Part shown: positions 1 to 10,174 of the stretch, piece by piece
Layout of the letters: the number at the start of each line of letters is the position of its first letter
Position numbering within the stretch: the first letter of the stretch is position 1
NCBI GenBank assembly: GCA_050747445.1
Contig: JBOGOE010000229.1
Span: 2,511 to 66,510, forward strand
Direction: 5' to 3'
DNA length: 64,000 bases
Source: Candidatus Polarisedimenticolia bacterium
GTDB taxonomy: Bacteria; Acidobacteriota; Polarisedimenticolia; Gp22-AA2
Translations under genes and position numbers: made by a program
The notes under the pieces: generated by a model
The model's database searches: none
Told to the model about the DNA's origin: nothing
The model's input: the letters and a program-made list of their open reading frames with translations, nothing else

Positions 1-231
1 CCTCCTGACCGGCCGGCCCTGACGGTCCGGGCGCCCCGATCAACAGCAGGAAGGCGATGGCGGATGCGGGAAGCGAAGCAGGTCGTGTGCGCATGCCGGT
101 CTCCTTCAGGGCCGTCCGCGTCGGCGTACGGCGGTATGCCCGGCTACAAAAATAGGTGCGCGGGGGGGGAAGTCAAGGAGGGCGGCAAGGATGGGCTTCG
201 CGGCGGAGGAATTACGAAATCGCGATCGGCG

Positions 232-798
232 TCATTCGACGGGCGCCGCGAGCAGGTGGTCGCGCGCCAGCGCCGCGGCGTCGCTCTCCGGCTGCCGCCG
301 GAGGAGCTCCTCGATCGTGCACCGGGCCCCCGCGTCGTCGCCTTGCAGCCGCTGCGCGAGGGCGGCGCGGTACAGCGCCCGTCCGGCAATCGGAGCCTCC
401 GGATCGCGCGCCGCGGCTTCGCGGAAGGCGGTGATTGCCTCCCCCGCGAGACCGCGCGCCAGCCGGCATTCGGCGATCCAGTAGATCGCCTCCGCGGCGA
501 CGTCGCGTGGCGCCCCGGAGTGCAGCGCCTGCGCGAGCGTGCGCTCCGCCTCGGCGTGCGCTCCCTGGTGATGCAGGGTGTAGCCGCGGCGCAGGAAGTA
601 GGTCGAAGCGCCCCCGGCGACGTCCCCAAGCTCGCGGCCGATCTCGGCCTGCTGCTGGCGCGCCTGCTCTGCCTGGATCCGGACCGTACGGAGCGGCCCG
701 GCCGGGTCCAGGGAGGCGCAGGCGGTGGCGAGCATCGCCGCCACGAGCCCCACCGGCCCCAAGGCTCCCGCTGCGCGCTTCAGTTCGCTGCGGTTCAC
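232..798 (-). CDS. TPR-repeat protein, probably periplasmic/lipoprotein (N-terminal signal-like segment)
   Basis: 188-aa ORF with N-terminal hydrophobic stretch ending in Cys (LATAC), then TPR-like helices (AEAERTLAQAL, EAITAFREAAARDP). 4-nt overlap with upstream gene 795..3260. Confidence 0.55.
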   Translation of the reverse strand: MNRSELKRAAGALGPVGLVAAMLATACASLDPAGPLRTVRIQAEQARQQQAEIGRELGDVAGGASTYFLRRGYTLHHQGAHAEAERTLAQALHSGAPRDVAAEAIYWIAECRLARGLAGEAITAFREAAARDPEAPIAGRALYRAALAQRLQGDDAGARCTIEELLRRQPESDAAALARDHLLAAPVE

Positions 799-3260
799 GG
801 CTTCGCCCTCCCCGTATCGAAGGGATCCCCGCCCCGGTCCGGCGGCAGCTTCAGCATACGCAGGGACGGTTCGGCCGACAAGGTGGCCCGGTCCACCCCG
901 GCATCGAGGGCCGCCGCCGCGACCGCCACCGCCTCACTGTTCCGGCCCGTGGAAGCCAGGAGGCCGGCCAGGACTACGAGGGCCTCGGAGCAGCGCGGGT
1001 CGCGCGCGAGGAGGGTCCGGAGGCCGTGCTCCGCTTCGTCGATGCCGCCGGCGGCGGCGCCCAGGCGTCCCGCCGCCGCTCCGGACACGCAGCCTCTGGG
1101 GTCGATGGCACGCACCCGTTCGAGCTCCTTCCGGGCCTGCCGATCGAGACCGCGGCGCTGGTACAGGATCGCCAGGTCGGCGCGCGGTCCGGGCTGGCGG
1201 GGTTCGGCGCGGATCGCAGCACGCAGGTCCTCGATCGCCTCGTCGAGCCGCCCGCGGGACGCCAGGAGCGCCCCGCGCGTCCGAAGCGACCCCGGGTCGA
1301 ATCCTTCGCGGCGCCCCGCTGCCTCCCACTCCCGGAGGGCGCCCTCCGGATCGCCGGCGCGCAACAGGTGCGCCGCTCTCGCCAGCCGGGCGGGGACGAA
1401 ATCGGGGTCGAGCTCCAGGGCGCGCCGCTGGGCCTCCCCGGCCTCCGCGAGGCGACCCTGCCCTGCCAGGACGAGTCCGAGGTCATAATGCAGCACGGGG
1501 TTGTCGGGGGCCTTGAGGATCGCCGACCGGAAGAGCCTCTCGGCGTTGGCACCGGCTCCCACCATCCCGAAGAACAGACCGGCGTTGACTTCGGCCACCG
1601 GCACCGGGCGCCGCGGGAGCAGGCGGCGGATCCACGCCGGGACCGGGTCGCGCGCCGCGGATCGGGCATGCTCCTTCGCGATCTGCTCCGCCACACGCGC
1701 CCCCAGAGCCGGATCCCCGAGATCGATCGCGGCGGGCAGCGGCACCGCCGATCCCTCGCGTGCGAAGACCGCCGCCGCCAGATCCGCGTACACCGGGCGC
1801 CAGCCTTGGCCCCCCGCCAGATGGCGGAGGAGCGGTGCCCATTCCGGCCGGTAGGCCGCCACCACGATGCGCGCGTCGTGGCGGCGCGCGAGGCTCTCGA
1901 AGAATTCCGGATCCGCCTGCAGGCGGAGATACGATGCGAACAGGTCGGCATCGTGGACCTCGAGCCGGCCGTCGATGAATATGCGGCGGTGGGGATGCCA
2001 GCGGCCGGCCAGAAACCCGCCGACCGCGAGGTCGTGGATCGCCTCGCCCGGCAGACCGGCCTCCAGAACGAAGGTCGCCGCTCCCTCCGGGTAGAAACCG
2101 GGTGTCAGACCCCGCCCGAAATAACGCTGCGTCCCGTCCCGGATGAAAAACCGGTTCGACGCGACATCGGCCAGGAGGAACACCGCGGCCACGGACACCG
2201 CGGCGCCGGCGATTCCACCCGCCCTTCGGGCCGACAGGGCGGACGCCCCCCCGGGACGGCACCGTTCGGCCACCTGCCGGACCGCACCGTCGAGCCATCC
2301 TCCGCCGGAGGTCAGCGCCGCCAGGGAGAATAGCGGCAGGTTGCGCCGGGCCAGGAGCGCCAGTCCGAGAAACCCGGCCAGCACCAGAAAATCCGCGGCG
2401 CGCACCCGTCGCCACTCGAGGGCCAGCGCGGCCGCCAGGAGGATCGCCAGCCCGGCGAAGACATGGATGGCGGTCGTCGGTCCGTAGCCTCCGAACGGGG
2501 CCTGGAACTCGGCGATCGACCGACCGTACAGGTTGTCGGTTCCGATCCGTTCCAGCAGCAACCGGCCCGGCAGGAGCCAGCCCTTAGCTCCCCAGGGCGT
2601 TGCCGCCGTCGCAAGGAGGGCGGCGACGGCGGCCACCGCGAAGCGACCCGGCGCTCCCTCCCCCTCCGTGGGACCACGCCGACGCCGATCGAGGAAATCA
2701 CCGAGCCCCGTCAGGGCCACCGCGCCCAGCCCTGCCGCGTACAGGGCGTGCTGATTGGCCCACAGGGCGAACAGCGGCGGCAGGCTCCAGAGCAGGCCGG
2801 GCCGGCGATGCCGCTCGCCGAGGATCAGCAGCACGGTCGCCAGCAGCAGGAAGGAGACGGCCTCGGGCCTGAGCGTGAAGCGCTCCTGGGCCGCCACGAT
2901 TGCCAGGAGCAGCAGGATGGAGGCGGACCCTCCCGAGACCCGGCGACGGCGCGCCGCCGCGGCCGCCATCGCGAAGGCCGCGACGATCAGGACGGTCTTC
3001 AGGGTGTCGAGCCCCGCCCATCCGAAGCGTCGGTCGGTCTCCGCGACCAGCACCTGGAACATCCAGTGCAGATCGGTCCACTCCCGCCCGGCCGAGGCGT
3101 AGCTGAGATCGTCGACGCGCGGCACCTGCCCTTCGTCGAGGATCCGGCGCCCCGCCAGCAGGTGCCAGTGCAGATCGACCTCGGCGAGCTCGGTCGCACA
3201 GAAGCCGGCGCAGAGCAGCAGCAGGAGCAGGGTCGGCAGGGCGCGCCACAACCGGCTCAT
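795..3260 (-). CDS. Large polytopic membrane protein (about 11-13 TM helices) with C-terminal TPR-repeat domain; ArnT/PMT-like glycosyltransferase-fold candidate
   Basis: 821 aa. N-terminal two thirds is a run of hydrophobic helices. C-terminal third is clear TPR repeats (LGLVLAGQGRLAEAGEAQRRALELDPDF...). Start overlaps rsmD stop by 4 nt. Confidence 0.6.
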   Translation of the reverse strand: MSRLWRALPTLLLLLLCAGFCATELAEVDLHWHLLAGRRILDEGQVPRVDDLSYASAGREWTDLHWMFQVLVAETDRRFGWAGLDTLKTVLIVAAFAMAAAAARRRRVSGGSASILLLLAIVAAQERFTLRPEAVSFLLLATVLLILGERHRRPGLLWSLPPLFALWANQHALYAAGLGAVALTGLGDFLDRRRRGPTEGEGAPGRFAVAAVAALLATAATPWGAKGWLLPGRLLLERIGTDNLYGRSIAEFQAPFGGYGPTTAIHVFAGLAILLAAALALEWRRVRAADFLVLAGFLGLALLARRNLPLFSLAALTSGGGWLDGAVRQVAERCRPGGASALSARRAGGIAGAAVSVAAVFLLADVASNRFFIRDGTQRYFGRGLTPGFYPEGAATFVLEAGLPGEAIHDLAVGGFLAGRWHPHRRIFIDGRLEVHDADLFASYLRLQADPEFFESLARRHDARIVVAAYRPEWAPLLRHLAGGQGWRPVYADLAAAVFAREGSAVPLPAAIDLGDPALGARVAEQIAKEHARSAARDPVPAWIRRLLPRRPVPVAEVNAGLFFGMVGAGANAERLFRSAILKAPDNPVLHYDLGLVLAGQGRLAEAGEAQRRALELDPDFVPARLARAAHLLRAGDPEGALREWEAAGRREGFDPGSLRTRGALLASRGRLDEAIEDLRAAIRAEPRQPGPRADLAILYQRRGLDRQARKELERVRAIDPRGCVSGAAAGRLGAAAGGIDEAEHGLRTLLARDPRCSEALVVLAGLLASTGRNSEAVAVAAAALDAGVDRATLSAEPSLRMLKLPPDRGGDPFDTGRAKP

Positions 3261-3819
3261 GGACCGACGTCATCCTCGGGCCGGGCAAAGGTCGTGAGGG
3301 CGGTGTCCCCGTGCCGGTAGCTCCGCACCGCCCGGAGGGCGGACCCCGGTTCCGCCGGCTCGGCGGCACGATGCTCGATCACCAGGATCCCCGAGGAGGC
3401 CAGCAATCCCGCCGCCGCTTCGAGGAGTGCCGGACCGGCGGGTCGATCGTAGGGAGGATCCAGGAAAATCACCTCGAATCGCCGGCCCCGGTCCAGAAGG
3501 ATATGGACCGAATGGGTCACGTCGCCCGGCACGATCTCGGGCTCACCCTGCCACTCTCCGACCTCGAGGTTTGTCGCGATCAGCCGGAGCATCAGCCGGT
3601 CCTTCTCGAGAAAGGTGACCAGGCGTGCGCCGCGGCTCAGGGCCTCGATCCCCACGGCCCCCGTTCCTGCGAAACCGTCGAGGAAGTCGGACCCCTCGAT
3701 CCTCGCGCCGAGGACGTCGAACAGGGCCTCGCGCACCCTGTCGGCAGTGGGTCGCACGGCGGTCCCACGGGGACCGCGGAGCGGCCGGCCCCTCCCCTCT
3801 CCACCGGTCAGGCGCATCG
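3257..3819 (-). CDS. rsmD: 16S rRNA (guanine966-N2)-methyltransferase RsmD
   Basis: Conserved RsmD motifs: ADRVREALFDVLG, FLDGFAGTGAVGIEALSRGA, VIFLDPPY. Start taken at internal ATG (MRLTGGE, cat at 3817-3819); the longer ORF to 4195 is Arg/Pro-rich junk. Confidence 0.8.
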
Positions 3820-3991
3820 TCCCCTCCCCGCGCACCGGCGCCCGCGACCGGCGGCCCGGCGCGCCACGTGCGGGCCCCGCGTCTGGGGAGGCGGGACCCG
3901 AGGCTCTCCATTTCGATGTGGGACTGCCCCTGATGGCCGACCGCGCGTAAGGAACACGGAGTATACACCGCGGCGCTGTGCGGTCCGATTC

Positions 3992-4020
3992 TTGACTTCC
4001 ACCGATCGCACCGGTACGAT
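3992..4020 (+). promoter_or_regulatory. Candidate sigma70 promoter TTGACT-N17-TACGAT upstream of the FG-GAP/TSP3 gene
   Basis: ttgact (3992-3997), 17-nt spacer, tacgat (4015-4020), about 50 nt upstream of ATG at 4072, in the divergent rsmD/4072 intergenic region. Confidence 0.35.
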
Positions 4021-4071
4021 GGCCCGCAAATTCATGAGTCGATTGAGGATTCGCCGCGGGAGGCGGCCGGG

Positions 4072-7000
4072 TTGATGGCCTCGGACAGGGATTCGCGCAA
4101 TCTCCTCCCACGCTTCCTGCACGGACCTGCCTGGTGGCTCCTGGCGACGACCTGTACGGCGGCGCTGCCGGTGGCCGCGGCCCTGCTGGAGCCACGGCCG
4201 GGTCCGATCGACCGACCGCTGTACCTGGTCGCCGACGACTTCGACCGGGACGGACTGCAGGACCTCATGATCGCCAACTTCCAGGGCGGGGTCCTGACCC
4301 TCCTGCTGAGTCGGGGCGACGGGACATTCGACCCGCACCCGGACTCGCCGTTCGCGGTCGGCACCGCCGCCGTCGGTCTCTCCACCTCGGGCCCCGTGCA
4401 GATCCTGGTGGCCGAGCTGAACCCCTTCGATGCGGACGGCGACGGCATTGCCAACGGTCTCGACAACTGCCCGAACGTCTACAACCCGGCGGTCGCCGGC
4501 TCGCAAACGGACACCGACGCCAATGGAATCGGTGACCAGTGCGAGGTCGGGATCAGGGACGCCGGCGGCATGCTCATCGGCACCATCGACACCGACTCCG
4601 ACGGGATACCCGACTACGACTTTCTTGCCAGCACGCCGGCGCTCGACAACTGTCCCCGCCACCCCAACAGCGGACAGGAAGACACCGAGATGGCAGAGGG
4701 GCCGGACACGATGTGCGCCACGGCGGACGATCGACCCGACCTGTTCGGGCCGGACAACCAGTGCGGCGGCGGAGACGATCGAACCGGGGACGGCGTGGGG
4801 GAGGCCTGCGCCGCCAGCCCCGATCTCGTGATCGTGGAGGCCAGCCTGGGCGGACCCTCCGGGAGCGGCATCATGAGGATCCGGGTCAACAACGGAAGCG
4901 GCGGCTTCCTCGCCCGGGCCTCGAAGATCACCGGAGCCGGCACTTCAGCCGGAGCCTTGGGGGACTTCGACGGCGACGGCCTGCTCGACGCGGCCATCAG
5001 CATCAGCGGCGCCGATCGGGTGACCCTCTTCGAGGGGCTGGCCAACGGCGAGTTCGGCACCGAGTCGGCCCTGAACGCCGGCGACGGGCCGCAGGGACTG
5101 GCCGTGGCCGATTTCAACGGGGACGGACTCGTCGATCTGGCGGTCGCCAACCGCACCTCGGGAACCGTGGGGCTGTATCACAGCACCGGCACGGCGCTGC
5201 CTCCGGATCCGACGAGCACGTTGGCGACCCATCCGCAGCCGACCCTCCTGCTGGCGGGGAACCTGGACGGGGATTTGTGCGCCGACCTCGTCGTCCTCAC
5301 CCAGGCCAGCGACGGCCTCTGCGCCGGGGGGATGGAAAACGGCAACCCCTGCACCACCAACGCCGACTGCCCTCCCGATTCGGTGACTCCCTCCCCCGTC
5401 TGCGCCCCGGGTCCGGCCCCCGACCACGGCATCGTCGAGGTGTTCACCAACCCGGCGATGGCCCCCGCCTGCGCTCCGACCCTCCTGGTTGCCACTTCGC
5501 TGGGCCCGGGCCGGCGTCCCGCCGGCGGCCTGCTCCGGGATCTCGACGGCGACCTCCTTCCCGACCTCGCGATCGCCGACTTCTCCGGCGGCGGTGACGG
5601 CGCGCTCCTGCTGCTCGCCGGCGGCGGGGACGGAACGTTCGGGATCCCCGTCGCTTTCGCTCCGCCGCTCCAGATGCTCGCGCGGAACCCCGCCGCCGTC
5701 GCCGCCATCGACTACGACGACAGCGGCGATCCGGACCTGGCGGTGCTCGGGTTCGCCAACAACCGCGTGGAGTTGATGCACAACGGCGGCGCACTCGCCT
5801 CCTTCACGATGGCCGGGACGTCTCCGGCTTCGATCTGGAAGGACGTTGCCGCGCTCGCCGCCATCCCCGCCGACGCGAGCGCCGGCAACGACGCCGTCCT
5901 GGTGCAGCGCATCCCGGCCCGGCTTTCCTCGCTGAGCGGGGCCGGTAACGGGTTCTTCAGGCCCCTCGCGGACTTCCCGCTGGATCAACCCGCCTCGGCG
6001 ACCGGTGCGGTGGTCGGCGATTTCCGCCGCGACAATCGTCTCGACCTCGCCGTCCTGGATGAGACCGGATCGAGCCTGAGCATCGTGACCGGGGTCGCGG
6101 GAGGCGGCTTCGGCGAGCGCGATAGCGTGCCGCTGCCCGCCCCGCCGGTGCGCGGCGCGGGCGGTACCCTGTACAACGACACCGGCGACTTCGATCGTGA
6201 CGGCGTTCCCGACCTGCTGGACAACTGCCCGACCCGGTACAACCCGCCGGGTTGCACGGTGACCGACGTCGAATGCGCCGTCGAGGTCCTGTGCACCGAC
6301 ACGGGCCACGCGAACTTTTCCCCCACCGACTGTCCCCAGGACCCGATGACGCCGACTCAGTGTGACAGCGACAATGACGGCATCGGCGACCATTGTCAGC
6401 TGTTGTCGGCGGCCTGCCAGGGACTCGACAGCGACGGCGACGGAGTCCTCGACTACGATCCGAGCCCCACCGCGACCGTGCGGCTGGACAACTGTCCCTT
6501 CGAGTTCAATCCGAACCAGGAGGACGGCGACGACCCCGACGACGGGGTTGGAGACCAGTGCGAGGGTACCTGTGCTTCGAATCTGGTCTGCGTCGGAGGC
6601 GGGAACGCCAATCAGGCCTGCATCTCCCCTTCCGATTGCGTCGCCGGTCTGCCCGATCTGGTGACCGTCGGCCGGGGGAGCGGGGGGCCGGACGGCACGG
6701 TGACGCTGCTGCAGGGAGACGGGTCGGGGAGCCTGCGTCAGTCGGCCGCGTCGCCACTCACCGGCTTCGTTGAGCCCGCCGCCGCGCTCCTGGGAGGTTT
6801 CACGTTCGATTGCCCGGTGCCAGTCTTCTTCCTGACCTGCGCCAGCCGATCCACGACCGATCTTGTCGTCGCCGAGCGCCGGAACCTCGGTGACTCCGGA
6901 GATGACACCCTCTCGGTGCTCCAGGGGGATGGTCTAGGAGATTTCAACCCGGTGGCGACCGTCTCCACCCAGGGGAATCCAGGGAAGCTCATCCTGGCGA

Positions 7001-7914
7001 ACGATCAGCCCGTCTGTCCCGACCCGTCCGCGGATCAATCGGCGAACCCATCGGTCCGGTTTGACGGCGACTCCGGATCTCCTCTGGTGGCCGTGCTGCA
7101 GCCGGACACTTCCACGCTCGGCGTCTTTCTGCCGGCCGGGCGCGGCATCTGCTCCGGCGGAATCAATGACGGCAACCCCTGCGTCCGCAGGCTCCCCACG
7201 GATGATTGCCCCGGCGGGACCTGCGGCGCGGTGGCCGACCTGGTGCCTCCTCCTGGCCATCCCGATCCGCTGCCGGTGCCCGGAGGAACCCCTTCCGACC
7301 TCCTGTTCGTCGACCTGAATCGCGACGGCCTGCTGGATCTGGTCGCGGCGTCGCGGGACGACGGCGACCCGGCCACTCCGGGGGTGACCTTCTACCTCGG
7401 GATCGGCAACGGACTCTTCTACACCGATCCCACCTTCCACCCCGCGGGATTCGAGGGGGACTTCACCCTGGTCGGCGCGGGCCGCTTCACCGCGAACTCC
7501 GGGTTCTTCCCGGACCTCATCCTGTTCGACGAGATCGGCGCGGCGCCGGTCGTACTGACAAACGTCGTCCGGGAGCGGGCCGACATCGACGGCTCGGGGC
7601 GGGTCGACGGTGTCGATCTGGCCTACCTGGCCCGCGCCTTCGGGGCGGTGCGCGGCGAGGACTTCACCATCCTGGGACCCTCCGACGGGGTTCTCGACGG
7701 CACCCTGCTGCAGACGGGGAGCGGTCCCGATCGAAGGGTGGTCGGCAGCGGCGTAGAATCGATCGGACAGGACCTGGTGAAGGGACAGTTCTGCGACGGC
7801 GCCCTGGATCCACTGAGCGGCGCCTACGGGCTTCCGGTGGATATCGACCTTGACGGTCTGGTCGATGGCGAAGACCTGGCGCTCCTGGCCGCACTCTTCG
7901 GATCGTCCCTGTGA
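4072..7914 (+). CDS. Giant secreted FG-GAP/VCBS-repeat protein with thrombospondin type-3-like Ca-binding repeats and two C-terminal dockerin-like repeats
   Basis: 1280 aa; signal-like N-terminus (WWLLATTCTAALPVAAA). Repeated FG-GAP-like motifs (DFDRDGLQDL, DFNGDGLVDLAV, DLDGDLLPDLAIADF). TSP3-like motifs (DGDGIANGLDNCPNVYNPAVAGSQTDTDANGIGDQCE, DNCPTRYNP, DNCPFEFNPNQEDGDDPDDGVGDQCE). C-terminal dockerin-like pairs (DIDGSGRVDGVDLAYLARAFG; DIDLDGLVDGEDLALLAALFG). Confidence 0.75.
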   Translation: MMASDRDSRNLLPRFLHGPAWWLLATTCTAALPVAAALLEPRPGPIDRPLYLVADDFDRDGLQDLMIANFQGGVLTLLLSRGDGTFDPHPDSPFAVGTAAVGLSTSGPVQILVAELNPFDADGDGIANGLDNCPNVYNPAVAGSQTDTDANGIGDQCEVGIRDAGGMLIGTIDTDSDGIPDYDFLASTPALDNCPRHPNSGQEDTEMAEGPDTMCATADDRPDLFGPDNQCGGGDDRTGDGVGEACAASPDLVIVEASLGGPSGSGIMRIRVNNGSGGFLARASKITGAGTSAGALGDFDGDGLLDAAISISGADRVTLFEGLANGEFGTESALNAGDGPQGLAVADFNGDGLVDLAVANRTSGTVGLYHSTGTALPPDPTSTLATHPQPTLLLAGNLDGDLCADLVVLTQASDGLCAGGMENGNPCTTNADCPPDSVTPSPVCAPGPAPDHGIVEVFTNPAMAPACAPTLLVATSLGPGRRPAGGLLRDLDGDLLPDLAIADFSGGGDGALLLLAGGGDGTFGIPVAFAPPLQMLARNPAAVAAIDYDDSGDPDLAVLGFANNRVELMHNGGALASFTMAGTSPASIWKDVAALAAIPADASAGNDAVLVQRIPARLSSLSGAGNGFFRPLADFPLDQPASATGAVVGDFRRDNRLDLAVLDETGSSLSIVTGVAGGGFGERDSVPLPAPPVRGAGGTLYNDTGDFDRDGVPDLLDNCPTRYNPPGCTVTDVECAVEVLCTDTGHANFSPTDCPQDPMTPTQCDSDNDGIGDHCQLLSAACQGLDSDGDGVLDYDPSPTATVRLDNCPFEFNPNQEDGDDPDDGVGDQCEGTCASNLVCVGGGNANQACISPSDCVAGLPDLVTVGRGSGGPDGTVTLLQGDGSGSLRQSAASPLTGFVEPAAALLGGFTFDCPVPVFFLTCASRSTTDLVVAERRNLGDSGDDTLSVLQGDGLGDFNPVATVSTQGNPGKLILANDQPVCPDPSADQSANPSVRFDGDSGSPLVAVLQPDTSTLGVFLPAGRGICSGGINDGNPCVRRLPTDDCPGGTCGAVADLVPPPGHPDPLPVPGGTPSDLLFVDLNRDGLLDLVAASRDDGDPATPGVTFYLGIGNGLFYTDPTFHPAGFEGDFTLVGAGRFTANSGFFPDLILFDEIGAAPVVLTNVVRERADIDGSGRVDGVDLAYLARAFGAVRGEDFTILGPSDGVLDGTLLQTGSGPDRRVVGSGVESIGQDLVKGQFCDGALDPLSGAYGLPVDIDLDGLVDGEDLALLAALFGSSL

Positions 7915-7927
7915 GGGACGGAGCGCG

Positions 7928-9028
7928 TCACTCCGCCTCTCCCGGGATCATGTTGTAGTAGAAGCAGAACGCGACCCCCTCGCTGTCGTGTGGGAAGTTC
8001 TCGGGCAGGGGGGGCAGCGGGTCGCTCGCACGCAGGGCATCCGCCGCCGCGCGGTCGAGAGGGGGCACGGAGGAGGACCGCAGGCGCCGGAACTCTCCGA
8101 GCCTCCCGTCACGCGCGATCCGGATGTGCCAGCAGACGTAGCCCCGGATTCCCTCCCGCGCGGCCAGGGGATAGCGGGCAAGCCAGTTGTTCCGCACGAT
8201 CACGTAGATCTGGCGCGCGTAATCCCCCCAGGGGAATTCCTGGGTATCGAACGAGAGGCTCCCCTCGGCCTCGCCCCGCAGAAATCCCGGATTATTAAAG
8301 GTGAACTTGAACTCGCCGGGCCGATAGTCCGAGAGGGCCTCGTCGATCCGACGTCTCCCTTCACCCTCTCCGGATTCTCCGCCACCCGCCCCCTCCCGGC
8401 CCCCGGCTCCCCCCGCCATGGTCCCTTCCCGACCCGTTCCGGCCCCCTCCCGCGGGGCGACCCCCTCCGACTCGCGCCCGACCCCCTCCCGCGGGCCGGC
8501 CGCGGCCGCGACCTCCGCGCCGGGTCCGGGGGCATCCGTCGCGCCGCCCGGCTCCTCACGTGGCGGTACCGGCGTGTCCTGTCCCTCGGGCAGTTCGGGG
8601 TCGGGACGGACCCGATCACGCGTCTGGCCGACGGAATGAGGATCCGGTGTCAGGAGGGACGCATCGGGGGGCGGCCTGGTCTCCTGGCGCGCCCGGCGAT
8701 TCCGATCCGAGAGCAGGCGGGCGTCCGGGTTTTCGGCGACCGGCGTGTCGTCCGGGATCTTGACGTAGGTGAACTCCAGCGGGATTGAATCGCGGGGTTC
8801 CTGTTTTTTTGCGACCTCCTGGCCGGATGACGGCGCGGCCGGAGCGGGGACCGGCTGGGCCGCGATCGCCCGGGGAACGAGCCAGGCACGCATCCCGTCG
8901 GGAATGTGCCGCGGCACGTACAACAGCAGGAATGCCGCGACCAGATGGACCGCGGCGGAGGCGATCACCGCCTCCGCCCGGCTCACCGACGGCGCGGGGC
9001 GCTCCGGCGGCTCCTGAAGCGACAGCAT
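7928..9028 (-). CDS. TonB-family-like protein: N-terminal TM anchor, Pro/Glu/Gly-rich spacer, TonB C-terminal-like domain
   Basis: Start chosen at MLSLQEPP (cat 9026-9028) just before TM helix AVIASAAVHLVAAFLLLYV. The C-terminus (IRGYVCWHIRIARDGRLGEFRRLRSSSVPPLDRAAADALRAS) resembles the TonB_C fold. The ORF upstream of 9028 overlaps the beta-lactamase-like gene and is low-complexity. Confidence 0.5.
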   Translation of the reverse strand: MLSLQEPPERPAPSVSRAEAVIASAAVHLVAAFLLLYVPRHIPDGMRAWLVPRAIAAQPVPAPAAPSSGQEVAKKQEPRDSIPLEFTYVKIPDDTPVAENPDARLLSDRNRRARQETRPPPDASLLTPDPHSVGQTRDRVRPDPELPEGQDTPVPPREEPGGATDAPGPGAEVAAAAGPREGVGRESEGVAPREGAGTGREGTMAGGAGGREGAGGGESGEGEGRRRIDEALSDYRPGEFKFTFNNPGFLRGEAEGSLSFDTQEFPWGDYARQIYVIVRNNWLARYPLAAREGIRGYVCWHIRIARDGRLGEFRRLRSSSVPPLDRAAADALRASDPLPPLPENFPHDSEGVAFCFYYNMIPGEAE

Positions 9029-9066
9029 CTCCAAAGGCGCTCCTGTGGTCCGGCCGGCGCCGGCAC

Positions 9067-10146
9067 TCAGCGGGCGGCGATGGCGTGGAATGCGCGACGC
9101 ACGCTGTTCATTCTCATGTCCCGGAATTCCGGGTGGACGCGGTTCGTGAGCAGGATGAAAATGCGCCGGGACTTCGGGTCGATCCAGAGGGAGGTGCCGG
9201 TGAACCCCGTGTGCCCGAATGCCGCCCGGGAAAGGGCGGGGCCGGCGCTGCTGCCCGGAGTCGACGCGATCTGGAATCCGACCGACCGGTCCTCCTGCAG
9301 GCCTCCCGTGAGGTTGCTCCGGAACAGGCGACGCTCCCCCTCTTCGAGCAATCCCCGGCCGGCCGGAAGGAATTCCCGCGCCAACCGGAACACGGCGCGC
9401 GCCGTTCCGAACAGCCCCGCGTGTCCGCTCACCCCCTCCAGCGTGAAGGCATTGTGGTCGTGCACCGCACCCCGGATGATCCCGTCGCGCCACCCATTGT
9501 AGCGGTCGCCCGCGGGGCCGGCGAGGTGACGCTCCCGCGCATTGCCGCGCTCGGTGGCGGCGATCCGCGGTCTCAGGGTCGCCGGTGGGCGGAACATCAG
9601 GGCTCGAAGACCGAGCGGTCGCGCCACCAGGCGCCGGAACAGCCGATCGAGGGACGCACGCGCCGCCCGCTCGAGCGCGAACCCCAGGAGGATGTAACCC
9701 GGGTCGGAATAGACAACCTGCGTCCCCGGCCGACCTGCCAGCGGCATTCGCCTCAGGTACCCGATCCTCCCCGCCCGCTCGCCCCGGCGGGCGTGCAGGT
9801 AGAGCGGGGCCCAGGCGGGAAGACCCGAACGGTGCGTCAGCAGGTCCAGGAGGGTGATCCGCTCGCGGCCATCCCCCCCCGTCCATTCGGGAAGGTGCCT
9901 GGACAGGCGATCGTCGAGACGCAGCGCGCCGCATCGCTGCAGCAGGACCGCCAGCAGACCGGTGGCCAGCGGTTTGGTCAGGGAGGCCAGATCGTACAGC
10001 GTGGCCGTGGTCACCGGCACCGGGCGCGGTGTCACGACCGCATCCCCGGCCGCCCCGGCCGCGAGGACGCGCGCCCCCTCGGCGATCAGGTACGAGGCAC
10101 CGGGAAAGGAGCCCGCGGCGATCTGCTTCTCGAGGAAGGCCAGCAT
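9067..10146 (-). CDS. Beta-lactamase family serine hydrolase (class C / PBP-like)
   Basis: SxxK motif ASLTKPL, HRSGL, GHTGFTG (KTG-like) motifs. Start at MLAFLEKQ (cat 10144-10146). Confidence 0.75.
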   Translation of the reverse strand: MLAFLEKQIAAGSFPGASYLIAEGARVLAAGAAGDAVVTPRPVPVTTATLYDLASLTKPLATGLLAVLLQRCGALRLDDRLSRHLPEWTGGDGRERITLLDLLTHRSGLPAWAPLYLHARRGERAGRIGYLRRMPLAGRPGTQVVYSDPGYILLGFALERAARASLDRLFRRLVARPLGLRALMFRPPATLRPRIAATERGNARERHLAGPAGDRYNGWRDGIIRGAVHDHNAFTLEGVSGHAGLFGTARAVFRLAREFLPAGRGLLEEGERRLFRSNLTGGLQEDRSVGFQIASTPGSSAGPALSRAAFGHTGFTGTSLWIDPKSRRIFILLTNRVHPEFRDMRMNSVRRAFHAIAAR

Positions 10147-10174
10147 CGCGGTGGACCGACGCAAAGGGACGCCC

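Noticed and set aside
64-1488. 474-aa plus-strand ORF (and many similar ORFs: 435..2333, 3311..4075, 4945..6393-, 15006..17387+, 16882..20130+, 20280..21440+, 21771..23993-, 23746..24984+, 48735..51002+, 53890..56334+)
   Set aside because: They are Arg/Pro/Ala/Gly-rich with no recognisable motifs and lie antisense or out of frame to well-supported genes. These are typical spurious long ORFs of a 70%-GC genome.
9029-9934. 5' 300 codons of ORF 7928..9934 (TonB-like)
   Set aside because: Low-complexity, and it overlaps the beta-lactamase-fold gene 9067..10146 on the same strand. An internal ATG just before the TM anchor gives a sensible protein.
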